A DNA stretch of 61,569 nt from Candidatus Omnitrophota bacterium. GTDB taxonomy: Bacteria; Omnitrophota; Gorgyraeia; Zapsychrales; Zapsychraceae. The position numbers were made by a program, and so were the translations under genes. Where the stretch lies: the NCBI GenBank assembly GCA_003528115.1, contig DOGZ01000022.1, positions 24,397 to 85,965 of the forward strand. The letters run 5' to 3'. Below are positions 54,425 to 61,569 of this stretch, piece after piece. Position 1 is the stretch's first letter, and each line of letters opens with the position of its first letter. The notes under the pieces are model-generated. The model was not told the DNA's origin. It did no database searches and saw nothing but the letters and a program-made list of their open reading frames with translations.

Positions 54425-56218
54425 ATGATTAAGAATAAGAAAATATTTTGGATCGCCTTTTTTATTTTAACTGCCCTGGCGTTCTTTATGAAGTTTTATG
54501 GCCCGCAGGCCGTCGAGTCTTTGTACGCTCAGGGGGCGATCGGGTTTCTTAATAAAATGGCAGGCGTGGATACGGCCCGCTCTTTGGAATTTTACCTTGG
54601 AAAGACCCAGGAGACGTTTTGGGGACCGGGCAGTGTTCTTCTCTCGGGTCTCGCGTTCCTGGCTTTTGCCTTAATGTATTTAAGGAGGATCGGACACTGG
54701 AAGTTCGGGGCTGCCGTCTTTTTGTATTTGCTTGCCACCAAATGGGAAATCCTGTTGTATCCTCCTTACGGCGATTCCGCCAGCGGTCCGTTTGTGGAAG
54801 CGATCTGGCTGGTTCATCATCACTTTGATTACATCGGACTCGCCCGTGAGCCGGGTTTTATTTCCGGCGGCCCCAAGGTCTATCTTTTCTCGATTTATCC
54901 GACGTATGTGGCGGGTTTAATGACGTTGATCCCGAACGTGAAAGTATTTCTCATGATTAATCATCTGCTGGTCTTTGCCTTTGGGGCCGCGATCGTCAGT
55001 CTCCTGCGACGGATTTCATTAAAATTTTTTGACGCAACGACCGCTCTCTTGATTTCTCTTCTGCTATTGTCTCTGCCGTTGTTTCACAGTCAGGTGGAAG
55101 CGCTGAATATGGAGATCCCGGCCTTACTGCCCATTATGGGTTCGTTGTACTACTTGGTGAATCGAAGAATGGGGCCGGCATGTGTGATGTCCATGCTGGC
55201 GGCCTTGGTCAAGGTGTACGCCGTGATTGCCGGGGCCACGGTCTTTGTCGCCGGGATGGGGCTTTACTTTTTCGATAAGGAACATCGATTTAAGGCCAGG
55301 ACCCTCGGGTGGAGTCTGTTGGCCATCTTTTTTGCCGCGGCTGTTGCTTACGCCGAGCGTTTCTTTTTTCACGATCAATGGCAGGTCTCTAAGGTGGGTT
55401 TATGGGAGGGATGGAAATATATTAAGTCTTTAAAGACAACCCATCTGTACTTCCTCAGCGTGATGATGTTCGCCGGTTTGTTCCTTAAGGAGAAAAGGAC
55501 CAACGTCCAAGAACCTTTGATATTTTTTCTGCGCAGGCATTACGCGGCCCTGGTATTTTTCCTTTATTCCGGCGCCTGGTTTTTCGTGTTCCTGAATTCA
55601 GGATCCATGATCCCCCGCTATCTGTTGCTGATTGCCCCGTCGATGGTGTTTTTATTATTTTATGTCTTACGGGCGGTGATGGGTTCGGAGAAGATTTTGT
55701 GTTTCTTGGTCACGGGATTGATTGCCTTTTCTTTATTTTGCTCCTATGGCTTTCCTTATCCTCCGTTGGAAAAAGTCATTCATTCCTGGCTGGAGAGGAG
55801 CCTGGAGTACCGCAACGACATTCAGCTTCAGATGAAACTGGCCAGGGTCATTGAAGACAAATACAGCGATTACACGATCGGGGCGCCGTTCACGATTGCC
55901 CAGACGCTGGGCCTGCCGGAATTGGGTTTTGTGACAAAAAAATTGTCTGTGATGATCTTTGATCATCCCTGCGTCTACGGCGGGATTCAACATTTCAGAG
56001 GATTACAGTATTTAGACATGAACCGGACGCTGTGGGTCGGCTTTGAGACCAATGTCCCGCCGCCGCTGGATCAATGGATCGAGTATCCGGTAGGGCCGCA
56101 AGATCATGTGGTGGATACCGTTAGCGTCGGCTATCGAACGGTGAAATTATTCCTGGGTGGATTTTCCATCGAGAAGATGCGGCTGATATTGATTCAATTA
56201 ATTAAAGAACGGGGATGA
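54425..56218 (+). CDS. polytopic membrane protein, candidate GT-C-type glycosyltransferase of the Arn-like pathway
   Basis: More than 12 hydrophobic segments and a soluble C-terminal ~150 aa. Positioned after ArnC-like and ArnD-like genes. No strong motif, so this is a context-based call. Confidence 0.45.
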   Translation: MIKNKKIFWIAFFILTALAFFMKFYGPQAVESLYAQGAIGFLNKMAGVDTARSLEFYLGKTQETFWGPGSVLLSGLAFLAFALMYLRRIGHWKFGAAVFLYLLATKWEILLYPPYGDSASGPFVEAIWLVHHHFDYIGLAREPGFISGGPKVYLFSIYPTYVAGLMTLIPNVKVFLMINHLLVFAFGAAIVSLLRRISLKFFDATTALLISLLLLSLPLFHSQVEALNMEIPALLPIMGSLYYLVNRRMGPACVMSMLAALVKVYAVIAGATVFVAGMGLYFFDKEHRFKARTLGWSLLAIFFAAAVAYAERFFFHDQWQVSKVGLWEGWKYIKSLKTTHLYFLSVMMFAGLFLKEKRTNVQEPLIFFLRRHYAALVFFLYSGAWFFVFLNSGSMIPRYLLLIAPSMVFLLFYVLRAVMGSEKILCFLVTGLIAFSLFCSYGFPYPPLEKVIHSWLERSLEYRNDIQLQMKLARVIEDKYSDYTIGAPFTIAQTLGLPELGFVTKKLSVMIFDHPCVYGGIQHFRGLQYLDMNRTLWVGFETNVPPPLDQWIEYPVGPQDHVVDTVSVGYRTVKLFLGGFSIEKMRLILIQLIKERG

Positions 56219-56248
56219 GAAGGATTTAACGGTCGAGAGGGCATTGTT

Positions 56249-58819
56249 ATGAACCGGGAACATCCAATGAAGATGAGCAAGGATATTTTAGATTTCGACT
56301 ACACGAGTTGCTCGCTGCAGGTCCTTTTGGAAAGACTCAAGACCTCTTTCAAAGGATTATCGGAGGACGACGCCAGAGGACGCTTAGCGCGATTCGGCAC
56401 CAACGAACCTGCCAAGAAAAAGAACATCACCATTTTCTTTCAAATCCTATCCAAATTTCTTAACCCGCTGGTTATGGTGCTCTTCATCATTGCCGGTTTC
56501 TCTGTGTTCTTCGGCGAGAAAGTCAGCGCGATGTTGGTGATGTCGATGGCCGTGATCAGTGTGTTTTTATCGTTCATTCAAGAGTATCGCGCGGGCAAGG
56601 AGGCGCAACGTCTTAGTGAAATGGTGCGGGCGACCGCCACTGTTTATCGGGACGGAAAGCCGAGGGAAGTCCAAATCAAGGAAATTGTTCCCGGAGATGT
56701 CGTCGACTTGTTTGCCGGCGATATGATCCCCGCGGACTTGAGGATTATTTCCTGCAAAGATCTGTTTATTAATCAATCGACGCTTACGGGGGAGTCCTTC
56801 CCGGCTGAAAAGACCTCCGATCCCGCGAAGCCGGGCAGTCGCGGTTCCGCCGAGGTGACGAATATGGTTTTTATGGGATCCAGTGTCGTCAGCGGCACGG
56901 CTCTGGGCGTGGCAGTGAAAACCGGCTTTGCCACTCAATTCGGCGAATTGTCGGGAAGACTTGCCGCGATATCCACCGAAAGCGGTTTTGATAAAGGGAT
57001 CCGCCAATTCACGTGGTTAATGATCTATGGGATGAGTGTGCTGGTGGTTATTATTTTCGCCATCAATGCCTTGATGAAAGGGAACACGGCGCAGGCCTTT
57101 CTTTTTTCGTTGTCCGTCGCGGTGGGACTGACTCCGCAAATGCTGCCGATGTTGGTGGCGATCAACCTTTCGAAAGGCGCCATCGCTATGTCGAAGAAAG
57201 ATGTTATTGTCAAAAGATTGAACGCCATTCAGAATTTTGGGGCCATGGATGTGCTCTGCACGGATAAGACCGGAACTCTGACGCTGGACAAAATCGTTCT
57301 GGAGCGGCATTGTGACGTGGTGCGGCGCAATGATGAGGACGTTTTGCGCTACGCCTACATCAATAGTTATTATCAAACAGGGCTTAAAAATATTTTAGAC
57401 CGGGCCATTTTGAAGTATGAGAAATTGCTGGTCAAACAGCACAGGAAAATCGATGAGGTCCCGTTCGATTTTTCCCGGAAAATCATGTCCGTGGTGGTGG
57501 AAGTTGACGGAAGACACAGGATTATCGCCAAAGGCGCGCCGGAAGAAATTTACAAAAGATGCGCGAAGTTTGAGTTGGACGGTGAAATATTGGATTTGGA
57601 CGAGGGCAACCTGATCCTTGTCCAGTTAAGGCAGGAATACGACACGTTGAGCGCGGAAGGCGTGCGGGTCCTGGCGGTCGCCTATAAAGATTTTGATCAG
57701 GAAAAGGAAAAATATTCCAAGGAGGATGAGCAAGATCTGATTCTTAAAGGGTATATCGCCTTTTTGGATCCTCCCAAGCCATCGGTCAGGAAAACCATTG
57801 AGAGTTTAAAAAGTTTGGGGATAGAGTTTAAGGTCTTGACCGGAGATAATGAATTGGTGACCAAGAAAATATGCGGTGAGGTCGGGTTGGATATCAAAGG
57901 TTTCGCCAACGGTGATGAGGTTGAGAAGGCGGGGGATGCCGCTCTCCGAGAGCTGGTGAAAACAACCACGGTCTTTGCCCGGTTGTCGCCGTTACAGAAA
58001 GAGAGAGTGATTCTTGCCTTGAGAGAGAACAAGCGAATTGTCGGATATTTGGGGGATGGGATCAACGATGCCCCTGCCCTCAAGGCCGCGGATGTGGGGA
58101 TCTCCGTCAACAACGCCGTCGATATTGCCAAGGAATCGGCCGACATTATTCTTTTGAAAAAAAGCCTGTTGGTGCTGGGGGACGGCGTCCTGGAGGGCCG
58201 GCGGACGTTCGGCAACATTCTCAAGTACGTTAAAATGGGATCGAGCTCAAACTTCGGTAACATGATCAGCATGACGGGGGCCAGTCTTTTTCTGCCGTTT
58301 CTCCCGATGCTGCCTATTCAAATCTTGTTGAATAATTTCCTTTATGATCTCTCTCAAATCGCTATCCCGTCCGATGAAGTGGATCAAGAGTATCTCCTTA
58401 AATCGAGGCCGTGGGATGTGGCGTACATTAAGAAATTTATGCTGGCGCTGGGGCCTGTAAGCTCCGTGTTTGATTTTATCACCTTCGGCGTATTGTTATT
58501 TGTTTTCCACGCCTCTGTGCCGGTGTTTCATACGGGCTGGTTTTTAGAATCGTTGTGCACCCAAACACTGGTGATCTACATCATCCGAACAGGAAAAATT
58601 CCGTTTATCGAAAGCAAGCCAAGTCAATTCTTGATGTTCACCTCGATTTATATAGTGACGATAGCCCTTCTTATTCCGTTTCTCCCTCTAGGCAAACATT
58701 TCGGTTTTGAACCCCCGCCGCCGGCCTATTTTATCGCCCTTGCTTTGATTTTGGCGCTTTATCTATTCTCGGTGCAATTCGTTAAAAGCTGGTTTATTAA
58801 GAGATACGGGTATGAATAG
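56249..58819 (+). CDS. mgtA: magnesium-importing P-type ATPase
   Basis: DKTGTLT, TGDN, GDGINDAPAL. MgtA-type N-terminus (LSEDDARGRLARFGTNE) and NLSKGAIAMSKKDVIVKRL context. Confidence 0.9.
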   Translation: MNREHPMKMSKDILDFDYTSCSLQVLLERLKTSFKGLSEDDARGRLARFGTNEPAKKKNITIFFQILSKFLNPLVMVLFIIAGFSVFFGEKVSAMLVMSMAVISVFLSFIQEYRAGKEAQRLSEMVRATATVYRDGKPREVQIKEIVPGDVVDLFAGDMIPADLRIISCKDLFINQSTLTGESFPAEKTSDPAKPGSRGSAEVTNMVFMGSSVVSGTALGVAVKTGFATQFGELSGRLAAISTESGFDKGIRQFTWLMIYGMSVLVVIIFAINALMKGNTAQAFLFSLSVAVGLTPQMLPMLVAINLSKGAIAMSKKDVIVKRLNAIQNFGAMDVLCTDKTGTLTLDKIVLERHCDVVRRNDEDVLRYAYINSYYQTGLKNILDRAILKYEKLLVKQHRKIDEVPFDFSRKIMSVVVEVDGRHRIIAKGAPEEIYKRCAKFELDGEILDLDEGNLILVQLRQEYDTLSAEGVRVLAVAYKDFDQEKEKYSKEDEQDLILKGYIAFLDPPKPSVRKTIESLKSLGIEFKVLTGDNELVTKKICGEVGLDIKGFANGDEVEKAGDAALRELVKTTTVFARLSPLQKERVILALRENKRIVGYLGDGINDAPALKAADVGISVNNAVDIAKESADIILLKKSLLVLGDGVLEGRRTFGNILKYVKMGSSSNFGNMISMTGASLFLPFLPMLPIQILLNNFLYDLSQIAIPSDEVDQEYLLKSRPWDVAYIKKFMLALGPVSSVFDFITFGVLLFVFHASVPVFHTGWFLESLCTQTLVIYIIRTGKIPFIESKPSQFLMFTSIYIVTIALLIPFLPLGKHFGFEPPPPAYFIALALILALYLFSVQFVKSWFIKRYGYE

Positions 58820-58981
58820 CCCTGCATAAATAACTTTGCCTTTTGGCATGAGGATGTTTTATACTTCGGCTGGTATTTGATGATAAAGGCAAACCATCGG
58901 AAACGATGGGACGCAAAGTTAAAGGGTCCTCTGGTAGTAAGGATAGCCTGGCCGCCAATCAGAAACACGCAGATGATAAAG

Positions 58982-59013
58982 CCTATCCTTATAATAAAAG
59001 GATAGGTTTTTTT
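58982..59013 (+). terminator. rho-independent terminator
   Basis: CCTATCCTT, ATAATAA loop, AAGGATAGG, followed by TTTTTTT. Confidence 0.75.
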
Positions 59014-59059
59014 GTTGGAACGCCCGGCAGGGCAAACCCTTTTGGGAGCGGAGTTCTTC

Positions 59060-59797
59060 ATGAATGATCAGAAAAAAAACAATACCTTGGTCGTAACGCT
59101 TGTGACAGTCCTTGTTCTCTTGATGGCAGGGATGATGTTGATGAACCATTGGCTTCGGAGGGAGGCAAACAAGATCAAGGACTATTCGAAGAAACAACCG
59201 GTTTTCGCGGTTGCGGTTCAAGACAATCCGTCTTCCGCGGCTGGATCACAAGAAACTATGCAAGGCGAGGTCATCCGAAGGGCGAGGGTAGTTCGTGGAG
59301 AGGAGTATATTGAGAATATTTTTTATATAGGAAATACGGAAATCGCCCGGTTCAAAGAGTCGCACGAGGGACAATCCGATTTTCAGGGGACGATCCCTGA
59401 CGGCAAGGTGAATTTTGTTGATGAATATAAAAATACGCGCGGAGAGGAATATTATAAATACGGGAAAAGACACGGGGAGAGCCGGAGTTATTACGCGGAC
59501 GGAAAGTTAAAGGCTGAAGAACAGTATCGGCTCGGCCGGCTGATGCTCAAGAAAGAATATTATAACGACGGTCTTTTAAGGTTTGAGGTGGATTACGAAG
59601 ACGCCAGATCATGGGGCGACAATAAAGAGGTCGGAGTCGGCAAATTATATCATAGGGACGGCACGTTGAAGTTTGAATGGCATATCACCAGGAGTGAAAG
59701 CCCGGGGTTCAAGAAATCCTACAATAAAGACGGGAGTTTAAGACACGCGGCCTATTACGATGACTTCGGTCGATTGATCGAGGAGAAAACACATTGA
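59060..59797 (+). CDS. membrane-anchored MORN-variant repeat protein (YwqK-family-like)
   Basis: N-terminal TM after MNDQKKNN. Repeats of the YY.DGKLK.E..Y..G type. Start at ATG 59060, behind GGAGCGGAG. Confidence 0.75.
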   Translation: MNDQKKNNTLVVTLVTVLVLLMAGMMLMNHWLRREANKIKDYSKKQPVFAVAVQDNPSSAAGSQETMQGEVIRRARVVRGEEYIENIFYIGNTEIARFKESHEGQSDFQGTIPDGKVNFVDEYKNTRGEEYYKYGKRHGESRSYYADGKLKAEEQYRLGRLMLKKEYYNDGLLRFEVDYEDARSWGDNKEVGVGKLYHRDGTLKFEWHITRSESPGFKKSYNKDGSLRHAAYYDDFGRLIEEKTH

Positions 59798-59816
59798 GCC
59801 CAAGCGGCGGATTTGA

Positions 59817-60329
59817 GTGAAGAGAATGAAGAAAACAGGAAAATATTTTGGAAGCCGCGGATTCCAGCGCCGGTCCGTCAACTCTCAAGGCATGACGTTG
59901 GTCGAGATCCTGGTTACCGTCGGGATCCTGGTGATCACTATGGCGGGCGTTTTACAGGTGTTCATTTTTTGTTCCAAGTTGTCGGACGCGTCTCATGAAG
60001 TCACCCTGGCTATGGCAGAAGCCCAGGGGAAATTAGACGAAATCCGCGATCACAGTTTTTCACAGGTCCCCACGGATTATGCACTCGGCGGTACGCCGGG
60101 AAACACATTTAATTTATCCCAGCTTACGGGTAAGGGCGTGATTTATATCAACGCGGCCAATCCCAATTTATTGGAAATTGACGTGGTGGTCCATTGGCGG
60201 AGCGGGGATAACCGTATGATCGGCGAAGACAGCGATCTGGACGGTATCCTGGATTCTGGAGAGGACATTAACGGAAACGGCCGGCTGGATTCCATCGCGA
60301 GGCTCGTCACGCTTGTGGCGGAACGATAG
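59817..60329 (+). CDS. type IV pilin-like / pseudopilin protein with tandem EF-hand-like Ca-binding loops
   Basis: Prepilin N-methylation motif QGMTLVEILVTVGILVI. Loops DSDLDGILDSGE (60228-60263) and DINGNGRLDSIA (60264-60299). Confidence 0.8.
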   Translation: MKRMKKTGKYFGSRGFQRRSVNSQGMTLVEILVTVGILVITMAGVLQVFIFCSKLSDASHEVTLAMAEAQGKLDEIRDHSFSQVPTDYALGGTPGNTFNLSQLTGKGVIYINAANPNLLEIDVVVHWRSGDNRMIGEDSDLDGILDSGEDINGNGRLDSIARLVTLVAER

Positions 60330-60341
60330 GAGGGTAAAGGA

Positions 60342-61055
60342 GTGTTGAGGACGCGGCGTTTGAGTGAAAATACTGACTTCCCTAAAATGAATGGGACATT
60401 ACGGCAGCCAGCCCCAACTTCCCTCAAAGAATCATTCAGAGGTAGTTGGGACGTCCCTGCTTCCTCTAAGCATTTTATTTTGAAAGCAGGGGTATCTCGA
60501 CCTCCGTTCGCTCAGAGAAGTATTTCCATGAGTTGTAGGGAGGTCAATCGTTCAGGCTTTACGCTCATTGAAGCTCTTGTGACGGTCATTCTTTTTTTAT
60601 TCATCTACGGCGCGTGTACTTTGATTTTATTGTCAGGAACAGACGCGTGGCAGATCCGCAGCGTGAACGTGGAGTTGCGCCAGGAATTGAGGAAAGCGAT
60701 GGAGAAGATCAAAGACGACTTGAGTCAGTCGGGGGCATCTGCCATCACCGGAGTTCCCGCGGACGATACGTGGCACACCACGATGACTTTTCAAACGGCC
60801 GTGGGGGTTTCTTCGGGAATTATTCAATGGGGCGTCCCTATTCAATACGTTCTCGGCGGGACGGACGCGAATCAGATCCATCGCGTTCAGGGAATACAGG
60901 ATCACGTGGTGGCGCATGATATTCTGTCCATGGAGTTTCGCCGTTCCTCCGCTTCGCCGGACATGACGGAGATTGCCTTGCAGGCGCGGAAAAACACGCT
61001 CAAAGGCCGGCAGTTGACGGAAAGTTTAACGTTCCAGGTTCAATTAAGGAATTAA
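60342..61055 (+). CDS. type IV pilin-like protein (start uncertain: GTG 60342 or ATG 60528)
   Basis: Prepilin motif SGFTLIEALVTVILFLFI. AGGAGG lies 9 nt upstream of GTG 60342. The ATG at 60528 would give a conventional short leader. Confidence 0.7.
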   Translation: MLRTRRLSENTDFPKMNGTLRQPAPTSLKESFRGSWDVPASSKHFILKAGVSRPPFAQRSISMSCREVNRSGFTLIEALVTVILFLFIYGACTLILLSGTDAWQIRSVNVELRQELRKAMEKIKDDLSQSGASAITGVPADDTWHTTMTFQTAVGVSSGIIQWGVPIQYVLGGTDANQIHRVQGIQDHVVAHDILSMEFRRSSASPDMTEIALQARKNTLKGRQLTESLTFQVQLRN

Positions 61056-61059
61056 CCCT

Positions 61060-61569
61060 ATGACGCGCGACCAGGTATTCTTAAAAAGATTGATGAAAGA
61101 TAATAAGGGAAGTCTTTTGATTATCTCTTTAATGGTCGTCATGGTCATGATCATTCTGGGTACGGCGTTTATGGTCTTGACGTCGAATGAAAAAAGGATT
61201 TCAGAGCGGCAGAGAAAAACGGCGCAGGCCTTTTATATAGCGGAGGCCGGGATCGAACGGGCGCTGTATGATTTGAGGCGGGATTTCTTAGATGACGTCA
61301 GCAGTCCGAGCTGGGCCGACGGGGACATTCATGGGTACGCGATCGGGCCTGATACAAACAGCTTTTACGCGATTCCCTACATGGACGCAGCGCTGAATGG
61401 AGGGACGTATAATGTTCAATTGAAGAATGTGCCGGGCGGTAAAGATATTTGGATTCAATCCTCGGGGGTCTTGGGAGACGCGGTACAGACCATTCAGGTT
61501 TATGTCAAGATGTTCAGTGTTTCTCCCTGGAACAATGCCATCTTTGCCGGCGCCGGCAAAGATGGCATT
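61060..61569 (+). CDS. PilX-N-terminal-domain-like minor pilin/pilus assembly protein (3' end outside window)
   Basis: Open frame from ATG 61060 to the window end. GSLLIISLMVVMVMIILGTAFMVLTSNEKRISERQRKTAQAFYIAEAGIE resembles the PilX_N pattern. Confidence 0.6.
   Translation, partial: MTRDQVFLKRLMKDNKGSLLIISLMVVMVMIILGTAFMVLTSNEKRISERQRKTAQAFYIAEAGIERALYDLRRDFLDDVSSPSWADGDIHGYAIGPDTNSFYAIPYMDAALNGGTYNVQLKNVPGGKDIWIQSSGVLGDAVQTIQVYVKMFSVSPWNNAIFAGAGKDGI

Noticed and set aside
1-61569. CRISPR arrays, tRNA, rRNA, tmRNA, IS elements, reverse transcriptases
   Set aside because: Reading the intergenic regions on both strands showed no regularly spaced repeats, no cloverleaf-like segments I could fold, and no transposase-, integrase- or RT-like translations. 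A covariance-model scan (tRNAscan-SE, Infernal) would be needed to be definitive.

Overview
Bacterial chromosomal window with about 60 supportable genes. I recognised no rRNA, tRNA, CRISPR array, transposase or integrase. Gene content, left to right: (1) A 5'-truncated MacB-type ABC exporter, a beta-carbonic anhydrase and HtpG. (2) A minus-strand, translationally coupled sulfur-carrier-protein operon: ThiS-like carrier, MetY, ThiF/MoeB E1, JAMM protease, and a sulfite reductase fused to TusA. (3) A GT-C-like membrane protein and exonuclease III. (4) An orphan PEPCK/HprK-superfamily P-loop protein followed by a 40-codon K/Q-rich micro-ORF, then a BKACE enzyme. (5) Amino-sugar genes (NeuD/PglD-like acetyltransferase, DegT, GT2, WbqC), a TtcA-family PP-loop protein and a DUF924 protein. 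(6) An envelope proteostasis cluster: DoxX, a signal-peptide-bearing Hsp20, HtrA, a CSD protein, and HtpX with an EF-hand loop. (7) An HD-GYP sensor and an ACT-malic enzyme. (8) The most interesting block: an AT-rich, tightly coupled 8-gene operon. It encodes a SulP/STAS anion transporter, an HTH-EIIA (PtsN-type) protein, and six subunits of a group-4 [NiFe]-hydrogenase-like / complex-I-like membrane module. The 'large subunit' of that module has lost all four Ni-Fe cysteine ligands, so it is Ehr-type and not a hydrogenase. (9) An Arn-like polyprenyl-phosphate amino-sugar modification cluster, split by a ~6-kb AT-rich island. The island holds gene remnants, a HEAR-repeat PD-(D/E)xK nuclease, a Fic protein and membrane proteins. 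It is organised by three copies of a junction repeat, 82 bp perfect between two of them. (10) MgtA, a MORN/YwqK protein, and a type IV pilin-like cluster in which one pilin carries tandem EF-hand-like loops. Lineage cannot be assigned from sequence alone. The DUF5674-type small genes and pilin density hint at an uncultivated lineage, but this is weak inference.
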